From an uncultured Myxococcales bacterium (GTDB lineage Bacteria > Myxococcota_A > UBA9042 > CAIXZC01), in assembly GCA_964626565.1 (NCBI GenBank), contig CAZVFX010000011.1:15922-79921 (forward strand): a stretch of 64,000 nt of DNA, in the 5' to 3' direction. Below are positions 55,250 through 64,000 of this stretch, piece after piece. The first letter of the stretch is position 1, and each line of letters starts with the position of its first letter. Under the pieces are notes generated by a model that saw only the letters and a program-made list of their open reading frames with translations, ran no database searches and was not told where the DNA came from. A program made the translations under genes and the position numbers.

Positions 55250-57072
55250 ACAGTGCATCCACAAGAATATCTGTTGCGCTGGCCATCGCCCTGGGGGCGT
55301 TGCTGCTCGCAGGCTCCTTCGCACTGGCCATCCCTTCCATGACCAGGGACCAGATCATCTGCCGGGCAAAATCGGGGCTCGGCTATTCGTACTGGTGGGG
55401 AGGATCGTGCTGGTGCAAGTCGGGATGCGGACCGAGTAATTGCGGTAAGGGCAATTGCAGCTGCAGTTGCGGTAGTTGCTGCCCCGGCTGCTGCAGCCAC
55501 TCAGGTAGTAAGGGCGCCGACTGCTCAGGCTATACGTACACCTGCTGGCGCATCGCGGGACTGAGCGACAATAATGTCTGCGGGCCGCACGGTCCGGCCT
55601 CAGGTTCGTACACGGTCTCCGGCTCCAATTGGACCGTCATACCCGACGGCAGCCGCAAGAAGGGCGACTCTGTTGCCAAGAGCGGCCACGTCATGGTGTT
55701 CGACAAGAACGCTTCCTGGGGGAAGATCTGGGTGTATGAGGCCAAGGGTTGTAACTATGGAGTCGTCCACAACACGCGGTCTGTGAGTTGGGGTAGCTGG
55801 ACCGTTGCCAAACGAAAGAGTCTGGTCGAGGGTGAGTGTTCACCCGGCCAGCAGCAGAGTGCGGGATGCGGCAAATGCGGCACCAAGAAGCGCACCTGCA
55901 GTTCGAATGGCAACTGGGGTTCATGGGGCGGTTGTTCCGGCCAGGGGCCGTGCAGCCCCGGGCAGACCCAGAATCAGGCTTGCGGCAATTGCGGCAACAA
56001 GAAACGAACCTGCAAATCCAACTGCCAGTGGGGTGGTTGGGGCGGCTGCGGTGGGCAAGGTGAGTGCAGCCCGGGGCAGACCCAAGAGCAGGGGTGCGGC
56101 AACTGCGGCACCAAGACCCGCGGTTGCGGCGGCAACTGCAAGTGGGGCGGTTGGGGTCAATGCCTGGGTCAGGGCCCGTGCGCACCCGGCCAGTCACAAA
56201 CGGAAGCTTGCGGCGATTGCGGGACCCATTCCAGGGGCTGCGGCGGCAACTGCCAGTGGCAGGGATGGGGCGAATGCGACGGCCCGGACCCAGAAGGCGG
56301 CAACAAGTGGTGCGACTCCGGGGAACTGGGCGTCTGTGCGGAAGGAAGAGTGCGTTGTCTCAAGGGGTGGCTGGCCTGCGTCCGCCTTTATGATCCGTCC
56401 CCGGAGATCTGTGATGGTCTCGACAACGACTGCCAGGGCGAGGTGGACCAGGGGTCGCCGCAGCAGATGGGCGTTCCCCCTCCTCCTTTCGCCGCACAGC
56501 TCGTTGACCTGTCCTACCCGCCCCTGCTGAAACCCGGGGAAAGGGGCAAGGCTTGGGGGCAGTTCCGCAATGTCGGGACCCAACCCTGGCCCGCCGAGGA
56601 GGTTTGGCTGGCTGCAGTGAACCTGAACGAAGAAGCCAGTCCGCTTTACACACCGGGTGGTTGGCCCGCCTGGAACGTACCCGCAACGTTGCAGGACGAA
56701 ATCCAACCGGGGGAGACCGGAGTGCTTGAGTTTGAGATCTGCGCTCCCGAGTCCCTCGGCCCCTTGCCCGACGTACGGTTCCGGTTGCTCGCTCCCGATG
56801 GAACCCCCATCAATTGCCCCAGCCCCGAACTGAACGTGTCTCTCGAAATAATGGGGGCAACGCTCGTAGCATCCGACGCGGGTTCGGTCCTTAGCGACTC
56901 AATTTCCGAACCGCTCCATTCGCTCGGGGCCGGCCACGACCCGGAGGAACCGTCTCCGGGGGGCTGCGGTACCGGGCCGGCAGCCGCGCCAATCGGGGGC
57001 GCCGCGTTCGCACTGCTACTGTTGTGTGCCGCGTTGCGGCGGAAATTATCACGGGATGAAAACAGTCCCTGA
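55246..57072 (+). CDS. Secreted NlpC/P60-like cysteine peptidase with a Cys-rich insertion, five ~40-aa Cys-rich repeats and a MYXO-CTERM-like C-terminal sorting signal
   Basis: YSYWWGG...ADCSGYTYTCW...GHVMVF (NlpC/P60 Cys/His); repeats CSPGQTQxQACGNCGxKxRxCxxNCxWGGWGxC; C-terminal PGGCGTGPAAAPIGGAAFALLLLCAALRRK. Confidence 0.6.
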   Translation: MNSASTRISVALAIALGALLLAGSFALAIPSMTRDQIICRAKSGLGYSYWWGGSCWCKSGCGPSNCGKGNCSCSCGSCCPGCCSHSGSKGADCSGYTYTCWRIAGLSDNNVCGPHGPASGSYTVSGSNWTVIPDGSRKKGDSVAKSGHVMVFDKNASWGKIWVYEAKGCNYGVVHNTRSVSWGSWTVAKRKSLVEGECSPGQQQSAGCGKCGTKKRTCSSNGNWGSWGGCSGQGPCSPGQTQNQACGNCGNKKRTCKSNCQWGGWGGCGGQGECSPGQTQEQGCGNCGTKTRGCGGNCKWGGWGQCLGQGPCAPGQSQTEACGDCGTHSRGCGGNCQWQGWGECDGPDPEGGNKWCDSGELGVCAEGRVRCLKGWLACVRLYDPSPEICDGLDNDCQGEVDQGSPQQMGVPPPPFAAQLVDLSYPPLLKPGERGKAWGQFRNVGTQPWPAEEVWLAAVNLNEEASPLYTPGGWPAWNVPATLQDEIQPGETGVLEFEICAPESLGPLPDVRFRLLAPDGTPINCPSPELNVSLEIMGATLVASDAGSVLSDSISEPLHSLGAGHDPEEPSPGGCGTGPAAAPIGGAAFALLLLCAALRRKLSRDENSP

Positions 57073-57122
57073 CCGGGCCGGTTTCTGCTACCCTTGAACT
57101 GTGACATAGGGCGAGGTAGGCA

Positions 57123-58292
57123 ATGGCAAAATCCGGGGTGTGGGTCGCAACCGTAACCAGGAAGAACGCTCGGCGCACGAGGCCGCTCTACTTCGTGGTC
57201 CTCATGGTTTTCATTTCTTTGGCTTTCGGAGCCAGCCGGTGGGGCGGAGAAGAGCTGGGCTGGCTGCTGTATGTTTGCTACGGAGCTGCTTTTCTCGGCC
57301 TTCTCTATGCGGTCCTTTCCTACAGCAGAGGTCAGACCGGAACCCTTTCCATTGGCGATGGCAAGCTCATCCTGCTGGCGGGGAAGGAACGCAAGGAACT
57401 CAACCTTGAAGGCGTGCGAATGGCTTTCGGCAAGCACTATGCCGCCAAGAACTACGCGTACTTCAGCGGTACCGTGTGCCACCTGACGAGCGTATACAGT
57501 AAGGAGAAGTGGCGGATGCTGGGAGCGGGCGTAGAGTTTCCCGAGAAGCACTACCGCGAGGAAGCAACCTACGGTTCCGATTGCGAGATAGGAATTGCAA
57601 CCGACGCGTTTCACGAACTGCTGGCAGCGATCAAGGAGATCTCGCCGGAGGTGAGTTTTACCGTTCCGGGGGCCCCTGCGGCCGACGGCGAGCAGGTTTC
57701 TTTCGACCGGGAGCAACGTTTCGAGGCTTTCCCCATGCGTGGCGGCGCCATGGTCCCCATAATGATCTGGATGGGCGGCATCTTCGGCGTCACACTTGTA
57801 GCCGCGCTGGCTAGCACTTTTGTGAGCGACGAGACCATACAAAGCCTGGGGCCTTATGCGGCCATGGCCGTTATCGTGCCGATCTTCATCCTGGTCGTCT
57901 ACGTTTCGATACGCAAGAGCCGCCGCCGGGGCGAGATGGTCCTTGGAAGATACTCACTCCAGATGCTGATCAACGGCCGTCCCAAGAGGGAAGTTCGGCT
58001 GCCTCTTTCCATAGTCCGGCCGCTTTACGTGGAGATCACCGGCCGCGGCGGGACGTACTATTCCGGACCCGCGGTGGAGATCCGTGACCAGAGCAAGAAC
58101 AAGGTGAGACTACTCATCGGAGATACGTCAAAGGAATGGGAAGAGGATGCAAAGAAGGTGACTCTGACCGACTTCAGCATCGGCTTGGACGCGGGCCGTA
58201 CCCTCATCGGCTGGCTGGAGAGCTCAGGATATCGAACCGAACCGTACGTTCTCGGAGATCGGGGCACCACCTCCGGGTGGGTGAAACGCTAA
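57123..58292 (+). CDS. Hypothetical membrane protein (two TM pairs, bacterial-PH-like soluble domains)
   Basis: RBS GAGGTAGG; hydrophobic helices at residues ~22-65 and ~210-255. Confidence 0.4.
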   Translation: MAKSGVWVATVTRKNARRTRPLYFVVLMVFISLAFGASRWGGEELGWLLYVCYGAAFLGLLYAVLSYSRGQTGTLSIGDGKLILLAGKERKELNLEGVRMAFGKHYAAKNYAYFSGTVCHLTSVYSKEKWRMLGAGVEFPEKHYREEATYGSDCEIGIATDAFHELLAAIKEISPEVSFTVPGAPAADGEQVSFDREQRFEAFPMRGGAMVPIMIWMGGIFGVTLVAALASTFVSDETIQSLGPYAAMAVIVPIFILVVYVSIRKSRRRGEMVLGRYSLQMLINGRPKREVRLPLSIVRPLYVEITGRGGTYYSGPAVEIRDQSKNKVRLLIGDTSKEWEEDAKKVTLTDFSIGLDAGRTLIGWLESSGYRTEPYVLGDRGTTSGWVKR

Positions 58293-58315
58293 CGGAAGTC
58301 GGCTCCCACCGCTCA

Positions 58316-59968
58316 CTATCCCACTGTCAGGCGCACTGCAGACATGGGCGGGTCTTGCTCTTTCACCCGGACTTCGATTTCCGACGCCGGATAAGCGTCC
58401 ATGAGTCGCTCCAAAGCAACTGGACCGGTTCGTTCGCACACCGCGGCCGACAGGCATACCTGCCCCGGCCCCGCAGAGTCACACATTCGCGCTGCGCGGT
58501 TGACGGGCGCGCCGATGAGTGTGAAGTCCAACCTCGCCTCTTCGCCGATGTCCCCGAGAATAACTTCACCAAAGGCACAGCCTACTCCCACCGGGAGCAT
58601 ACCCTCCGCGGTGACCTGACGCTGGATCTCAACCGCCGTATCTATGCAGTCATCAACTCGAGAGGCAGGAAAATAGGCCAGAATACCGTCCCCCATCAGC
58701 TTGTTTATCCTTCCGCCCCGGCTGCGAATCACGCGCGCTTCCAACGCCAGTTGCCGGTTTAGATGCTCAACCGTTTCCCCGGGGTCACGACCGTCACTCC
58801 AACGGGTGAAGCCACGGATATCAACAAACATCACGGCCAGCGGCGTCCGCACCGAGACAAACCCTTCGCCCATGATTTCGGCGGTTTCGTCGCTCACCGC
58901 GTCCAGGGGAATCCCGAACTGCCGGGTGAGCATGCGCCGCCTCAAGGACTCGACGGTCCTGGCCGAACGTGAGACCTCGATGGAGCTGGATCGGTGGATC
59001 TTGCCGTGCTGAACAGGATTGGCCACGCCCATGCTTCTCGCCTCGCGAGCGATGCGGTCAAGGAGGAGGGACACGCTCGAAACGCTGGTTTCGTGAGCCA
59101 GATGCAACATCTCTTCCAACGACTCGGTCTCCAGATCGGAATCAAGCCAATCGGCCAGCCACGCCCGGACATTGTCCGCAATCCTGGCCGCCTCCCCGGG
59201 GGAAGGCTTGCGCGTCAACTCCTCCAGAGCAAGGGAAGACTCGACCTCGGTAAGCAGCTTCAGATACCGGGGGATGTCACGCTCGATGATCGCCCCGTGC
59301 TGGGGCAATATGCGGCGAATGTCGAGCTCCTTCAGCCGTTCATAGGCAAACGACAGCGCCTCGGTAGAACCGACGTAGTGTTCGATGAAGTAGCGGCACA
59401 TCTCCAGGTACCCGTCTCCTGCATACAGGCTCCACTTCCGGTCGAAAGCCGCGAACAGATCGGAAGAAAACAACGAGCCGGTGCTCTCATCCAGGCTCAC
59501 CGTATTACCGGAAAAATGCAGGTACGGAAGGTGAACGAACTTCAGCCGCCGTCCGGAAGGGAATTCGATCTGATCATCGTCGCCCACCGGCAGAATCGGA
59601 GTGCGCACTCCGTAGTATGGAATGAACAGCGCCGTTCGCGGATGAGCGGCGATTACCAATTCCGGATGCAGGAGGTGCTCAATGAATGGTATCAGGCCGC
59701 AGAGGTCAGGGTCCTGATGGTGCACTATCACATACCGAATCAGTCCCGGATCAATGATCTTCGAGACCTTGCTGAGGACGAGGTCCCTGAAGATCGGATG
59801 GGCCGGGCCCGGGTCCAGCAGAGCAGCCTCCCCGTCATCAACCAGTAGATATGGATTGTTGGAGAAGCCCGCCTCACTGTCGGCAAAGCCCACCCACCAT
59901 ATTCCGTCGGCAACCTCGATTGGGTCCATGTCGTCCAATCTGGGCATTTCCACTTCTCCCTTGTCCAT
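58316..59968 (-). CDS. Fusion protein: N-terminal metallo-beta-lactamase-fold domain + C-terminal class III adenylate/guanylate cyclase domain
   Basis: VIVHHQDPDLCG MBL-type metal motif; cyclase motifs VMFVDIRGFT, KLMGDGILAYF and GAPVNRAARM. Confidence 0.65.
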   Translation of the reverse strand: MDKGEVEMPRLDDMDPIEVADGIWWVGFADSEAGFSNNPYLLVDDGEAALLDPGPAHPIFRDLVLSKVSKIIDPGLIRYVIVHHQDPDLCGLIPFIEHLLHPELVIAAHPRTALFIPYYGVRTPILPVGDDDQIEFPSGRRLKFVHLPYLHFSGNTVSLDESTGSLFSSDLFAAFDRKWSLYAGDGYLEMCRYFIEHYVGSTEALSFAYERLKELDIRRILPQHGAIIERDIPRYLKLLTEVESSLALEELTRKPSPGEAARIADNVRAWLADWLDSDLETESLEEMLHLAHETSVSSVSLLLDRIAREARSMGVANPVQHGKIHRSSSIEVSRSARTVESLRRRMLTRQFGIPLDAVSDETAEIMGEGFVSVRTPLAVMFVDIRGFTRWSDGRDPGETVEHLNRQLALEARVIRSRGGRINKLMGDGILAYFPASRVDDCIDTAVEIQRQVTAEGMLPVGVGCAFGEVILGDIGEEARLDFTLIGAPVNRAARMCDSAGPGQVCLSAAVCERTGPVALERLMDAYPASEIEVRVKEQDPPMSAVRLTVG

Positions 59969-60249
59969 TTAGTATCGAAACACTACCCTTCCGGGCCTGC
60001 CGTTGTGGTCTCCGCCCTTGCGAGTAGTACCCATCGGTCAGCCCGGCGCCGGAACATGCTTCGTCGGAATCGCAAGCCGCCAAAACGGCAGCCAGTCGAC
60101 AGACGATCATCACTCCTCTCTCCGCCACCAGCATGATACATCTTCGCCGGGTTGCTTGCCACAGTAACCTGCCTCTTCAGCCAACTCCTTAAGATCGGTC
60201 GCTTAGAGGCCGTTAAGTTGTCAGGTTTGACCGGATAACGGGGAGAGTC

Positions 60250-61884
60250 ATGGGTGCGTTACGAAGATTTGCGTGGTGCCTGGTAGCAGGGGCCTTGATA
60301 GTCACTATTCATGCCGGCGGCTGCAGTTCGCCTTCAGGGCCAACCGGTTTCACAATAGATGCCGTCGAAGGAGACGAGGCAGGAACGGAACTCAACTCAG
60401 CACCGGGCCAGTCGGACGCAGCCGATCTTGTATCCACTGCCCATTCCGATTCAGCGAACCCAGACGTCCAGGGGAAGGGTGCCGGAGGCCCCCCGTTGTG
60501 CTTCGACGACCTGGATTGTGCAGGCCTGTTCGCGACCCCGCCCCCCTGCTGGACCGGCCGCTGCGTGAACGGGCTGTGCCAATTGGGACACGACGATGAC
60601 GGCACACCGTGCGAGGATGGGATCCCGTGTACCGCCGGCGAAACCTGTGCAGCCGGTTACTGTGTGGGAGGAGACGCCGGCTGCGACGACGCCGACCCCT
60701 GTACGAGCGACTTCTGCGGACTGTCATCCGGCGTGTGCGAACACGAATACAACGGCCTGTGTCCGGAATGTTTCACGCAATCCTCAGCCGAAGATTTCGC
60801 ATCCGGCACATTCATGATCACTCAGCCCGGCCCCGACACGGGCGTGACTCTTCAACAAGACGACGGAGGATTCGCTCCTTCCGGGTCCTACCTGTCCCCC
60901 GTCATCGACGCAGGCATGGAGGCGAGCTGGGAATCGATTCACTGGTCGGCCCAACCCGCACTCACGGAAACTGAGGGCCAGCCGGGACTGCCGGATGGCG
61001 GCGTCATTCTCCTTCTCCACCTGGATGACGGTGGCGAGCCGGTGGCGGATTCCAGCGGCAACGACCATCACGGAATGAACTACGGCGCCGTCCCCAACGC
61101 CACGGGAAAGATGGAGTCGGCGTACGAGTTCATCGATACCGGCGGATATGCCGAAGTACCGCATCACGAAGACTTCCTGCTTGACCAGGGCACCGTATCG
61201 TTCTGGTTCAACGCAACGGACGTGGCGCCACAGCAGGGGCTGTTCTCGAAAGACTCGCTCGGCCTCGACGGCGGAGGCCATCTGACCATCTCAATATCCG
61301 ACTACATCGGGCCCAAGAGCGGCGATAAGACCGACTCCCCCCACGTGTGGGCGAGACTGCAAAGCACCGAGGGTGGAAATTTCATCATTTCCGATGCCGT
61401 AGAGGCAGGCGTCTGGTACCAGGTAGTCTTCACCTGGGGACCCGAGGGGATGAAACTCTATCTCAATGGCGAACTCCAATCGGCAGACGAATATGACGGA
61501 GGGTTGGGAGCAAGTGCCGGTGGTTCAGGCAACCACGAGCCCATAGTGATTGGCGCCTCGACACGGCACAGCGCGGACGGCTCCGCCCAGCCCACCGACG
61601 ACCACTTCCGGGGAGTGCTGGACGAAGTGATCATCTATGACTATCCGCTGGCGCCCGGCGACGTGGCCCACCAGTACGCCCTGTCCTCGGTGGCCTTGGA
61701 ACTGCTGGTGAGAGGCTGTGACAACGCGGCGTGCGAAGACGCAGAATTCCAGCCCCTGTCAGGTCAGTCGCCCCAACCACTGGACCTCTTTCACTCCAGG
61801 TTCTTCCAATACAGATTTGATTTCGTCAGCGAGAACCCCGCCTTCTCCCCGCACCTGCAGGAAGTCGAGGTGTGCCGCAATTGA
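60250..61884 (+). CDS. Lipoprotein with a Cys-rich N-terminal module and a concanavalin-A-like (LamG/pentraxin-type) lectin domain
   Basis: VTIHAGGCSS lipobox; HHGMNYGAV...FDGxxD-type LamG pattern (weak). Confidence 0.45.
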   Translation: MGALRRFAWCLVAGALIVTIHAGGCSSPSGPTGFTIDAVEGDEAGTELNSAPGQSDAADLVSTAHSDSANPDVQGKGAGGPPLCFDDLDCAGLFATPPPCWTGRCVNGLCQLGHDDDGTPCEDGIPCTAGETCAAGYCVGGDAGCDDADPCTSDFCGLSSGVCEHEYNGLCPECFTQSSAEDFASGTFMITQPGPDTGVTLQQDDGGFAPSGSYLSPVIDAGMEASWESIHWSAQPALTETEGQPGLPDGGVILLLHLDDGGEPVADSSGNDHHGMNYGAVPNATGKMESAYEFIDTGGYAEVPHHEDFLLDQGTVSFWFNATDVAPQQGLFSKDSLGLDGGGHLTISISDYIGPKSGDKTDSPHVWARLQSTEGGNFIISDAVEAGVWYQVVFTWGPEGMKLYLNGELQSADEYDGGLGASAGGSGNHEPIVIGASTRHSADGSAQPTDDHFRGVLDEVIIYDYPLAPGDVAHQYALSSVALELLVRGCDNAACEDAEFQPLSGQSPQPLDLFHSRFFQYRFDFVSENPAFSPHLQEVEVCRN

Positions 61885-61887
61885 ACA

Positions 61888-62871
61888 CTATTCTGAGAAA
61901 CGTTTGACGCGCACGTGGCAATAAGGCTGCTTTCCCGTCTTCCGGTAGTAGTCCTGGTGATAGTCTTCGGCCGGCCAGAAAGTTTCGGCAGGCTCCAGAG
62001 TGGTCGCGACGCGAAGGCCCTGCTTTTCCAGCAACCCAACCAACTCCCGAATGGTATTCCGCTCCTCCTCGGTAGCATAGAACACCGCGGAGCGATACTG
62101 CTCTCCGACATCCGGCCCCTGCCGATTCACCTGGGTCGGGTCGTGGATTTCAAAAAAGAGCCTGGCCAGTTCCCGATATGTGATTTTGGATGGGTCGTAG
62201 GCCACACGCACCACTTCAACGTGGCCGGTGTCCTTCGAGCAGACTTCCTCGTAGGTAGGCTTCGCAGTACGCCCCCCCATGTAGCCGGACACCGCTTCCG
62301 ACACGCCGTCCACTTGTTCGAAATGGTGCTCAACACCCCAGAAACACCCTCCTGCAAAATAGGCGGCAGCCTCACCGACCGGCAACGGAGCGAATTCCAG
62401 GGAAACTGAATTCACGCAGTGCCGCGTATCGTTAGCGTTCAGCCCCTCCCCGCGAAAGACGTGGCCCAGGTGCGCACCACACGCCGCGCAAGTGATCTCA
62501 GTGCGAGCGCCGTCCGCGTCCACAGTCTCCTTGACTGCGTCAGGTAGCGCCGAGTCGAAACTGGGCCATCCTGAGCCGGAGTCGAACTTGCTTCCCGATT
62601 CGAACAGAGAAGCGCCGCAACGCCTGCAACTGTAGGTGCCGTCATCGTGATGATTGAGGAACTTGCCCGAAAAGGGCCTCTCGGTGCCCTTGTGAATGAT
62701 CACCCTCTCCTCTTCCGGCGTCAGTTTCTTTTCCATCATTCGTTCCCTTGGAGCTTCCTCCGGTGACGCCAGAGAATAAGCCCCGGCACATAATATCGCG
62801 AACAAGCCGCTGATCAACAGCAGAGTCTGCTCAGTCATGATACGCCTCGGCGGTGTTGCAAGCCGCTTCAC
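61888..62871 (-). CDS. msrAB: Secreted bifunctional methionine sulfoxide reductase MsrB-MsrA fusion
   Basis: MsrB CRRCGASLF...GWPSF...HLGHVF...RHCVNS followed by MsrA GGCFWGVE...EDYHQDY; N-terminal signal peptide. Confidence 0.8.
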   Translation of the reverse strand: MKRLATPPRRIMTEQTLLLISGLFAILCAGAYSLASPEEAPRERMMEKKLTPEEERVIIHKGTERPFSGKFLNHHDDGTYSCRRCGASLFESGSKFDSGSGWPSFDSALPDAVKETVDADGARTEITCAACGAHLGHVFRGEGLNANDTRHCVNSVSLEFAPLPVGEAAAYFAGGCFWGVEHHFEQVDGVSEAVSGYMGGRTAKPTYEEVCSKDTGHVEVVRVAYDPSKITYRELARLFFEIHDPTQVNRQGPDVGEQYRSAVFYATEEERNTIRELVGLLEKQGLRVATTLEPAETFWPAEDYHQDYYRKTGKQPYCHVRVKRFSE

Positions 62872-62925
62872 CTTTGACGCAGCCCGCGATCAGATTCTAA
62901 GCACTGGGTTGTGCGCTGGACAGGG

Positions 62926-63990
62926 CTACTCTTCGTCCGATCCGACCGGCCCATCGAGCCGCGGAGACCGATTCCGCAACACTTCGTATGCAACGCGGTT
63001 GCCGTATTGGGCGTTGCGGGACAGAGACGAATAGGAGAGGAAGGGGATGTCTGCCGCATGCTTCAGGCTATCGGGAACTCGAAGGCGGTGATACTGATTC
63101 GCGGACAGGTCGTGCAACAGCGCGGCCAGCGCAGCGTCCCCGGCGCCGCTGGTGCTGGTCAGCCACTCGGGGCCGCCTCGATAAGGATGAGTGTGACTGA
63201 AGATCCGGCGGGGGGTGCGGCAGTCATCCTTGCGCACCAGCCTGCTGAACTCCCATTCGTTGTAGTTGGGGATCGACTTTGACCGGATCTCCTTCCTGGT
63301 CCTGCGCTTCACGCTGTCATCAGTGTAGCCGCAGATTGTCAGCCCGAGCGCGCCCTCGGTCACCAAGCCCACATCCACCCAATCCAACAACTTGCGGCAG
63401 GCCAGCAGAGTGTCGGCCTCACCGGTGAGCGCCTCCGCTTCCGCGGCGTTCATGGCCGCAATGGAAACGTGGTCCGCAAGCATCTCAATGACCTCTTTCC
63501 GCATGCGACGGACTAGACCTGCCGTGCCTAGTCCCAGCACCACCGGCACACCGGCCTCGGCCGCGGCGGCCATCATCTTTCGGGCCGCACTTGCGATAGG
63601 GCGAGAGGGGTCGGCAAGACAATACAAGGTGGTCACCGCCATGGCCGCGTTGCGCACGTCCTCCACCGGCACGTCGGCTCCGGAATAGTGGCCCGAGACG
63701 CCCGGAGCCACCCCGAATGACCTCTCTCCATCCGGTGTAAAACAGGTGGCAGCCAATCCGATTTCGCCGTCCACCGCCACCAACCGGTCAAGAGAAACCG
63801 CCTTTGGAGTCTGAGCCACGTAGGAAAAGGCTGGCGAACCGGGCGTGATCTTTCGCTGTATCGCACCCAACAACTCGGCAGGCTCGCCGGACAGGTGCGT
63901 GTAGTTGGCCAGGGTGTTGGCGACGGTGCCGCCGGCAGCGTACCGCCAGGCCAGCCCGCTGTCCGCCACACGGGCCAGCAACCGCTGCAT
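62926..63990 (-). CDS. PfkB-family carbohydrate/nucleoside kinase
   Basis: N-terminal GGTVANT di-Gly motif and C-terminal TSGAGDAALAAL; ATG at 63988-63990. Confidence 0.7.
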   Translation of the reverse strand: MQRLLARVADSGLAWRYAAGGTVANTLANYTHLSGEPAELLGAIQRKITPGSPAFSYVAQTPKAVSLDRLVAVDGEIGLAATCFTPDGERSFGVAPGVSGHYSGADVPVEDVRNAAMAVTTLYCLADPSRPIASAARKMMAAAAEAGVPVVLGLGTAGLVRRMRKEVIEMLADHVSIAAMNAAEAEALTGEADTLLACRKLLDWVDVGLVTEGALGLTICGYTDDSVKRRTRKEIRSKSIPNYNEWEFSRLVRKDDCRTPRRIFSHTHPYRGGPEWLTSTSGAGDAALAALLHDLSANQYHRLRVPDSLKHAADIPFLSYSSLSRNAQYGNRVAYEVLRNRSPRLDGPVGSDEE

Positions 63991-64000
63991 CGCGTCGGGC

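Noticed and set aside
60181-60249. Sixth copy of the CGGTCGATT promoter element upstream of the 60250 gene (GATCGGTCGCTT...TTGTCA)
   Set aside because: Only 8 of 9 match and no properly spaced -35/-10 pair. Too weak to call.

Overview
GC-rich bacterial chromosomal window with about 45 genes and no rRNA, tRNA, CRISPR array or mobile element that I could recognise. Two parts stand out. (1) Positions 2.6-10.8 kb carry a tightly coupled hdrC-hdrB-hdrA(L)-mvhD-mvhG-mvhA-protease operon, i.e. a heterodisulfide-reductase / group-3c [NiFe]-hydrogenase electron-bifurcating module. Its HdrA carries an inserted GltD-like NAD(P)H module. The hydrogenase large subunit contains an in-frame TGA exactly at a conserved Ni-ligand cysteine, which I read as a probable selenocysteine at an atypical N-terminal position. 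A convergent NarL-type response regulator and a sensor kinase follow; the kinase has a CXXCH heme-c motif in its periplasmic domain. (2) From about 13.8 kb onward the window is dominated by predicted lipoproteins and secreted proteins. Features include Cys-rich repeats, CDGxDNDCD-type motifs, TSP3 repeats, LNR-like modules, an NlpC/P60 protein ending in a MYXO-CTERM-like tail, and an OmpA protein. Several of their promoters share a near-identical CTTGACA-N16/17-TAGAAT core preceded by a conserved CGGTCGATTT element, and twice this sits inside a 9-bp palindrome next to a TetR-family regulator. Other genes include an ammonia-lyase, glnA plus an asnA-like gene, Xaa-Pro aminopeptidase, a Ser/Thr kinase, a beta-propeller GGDEF sensor, a GH13 enzyme, an MBL-cyclase fusion, msrBA and a PfkB kinase. 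A real minus-strand gene at the 5' window edge (positions 1-651) is missing from the ORF track because it runs off the window. Lineage guess (inference): a Myxococcota-like or deltaproteobacterial anaerobe or facultative organism.
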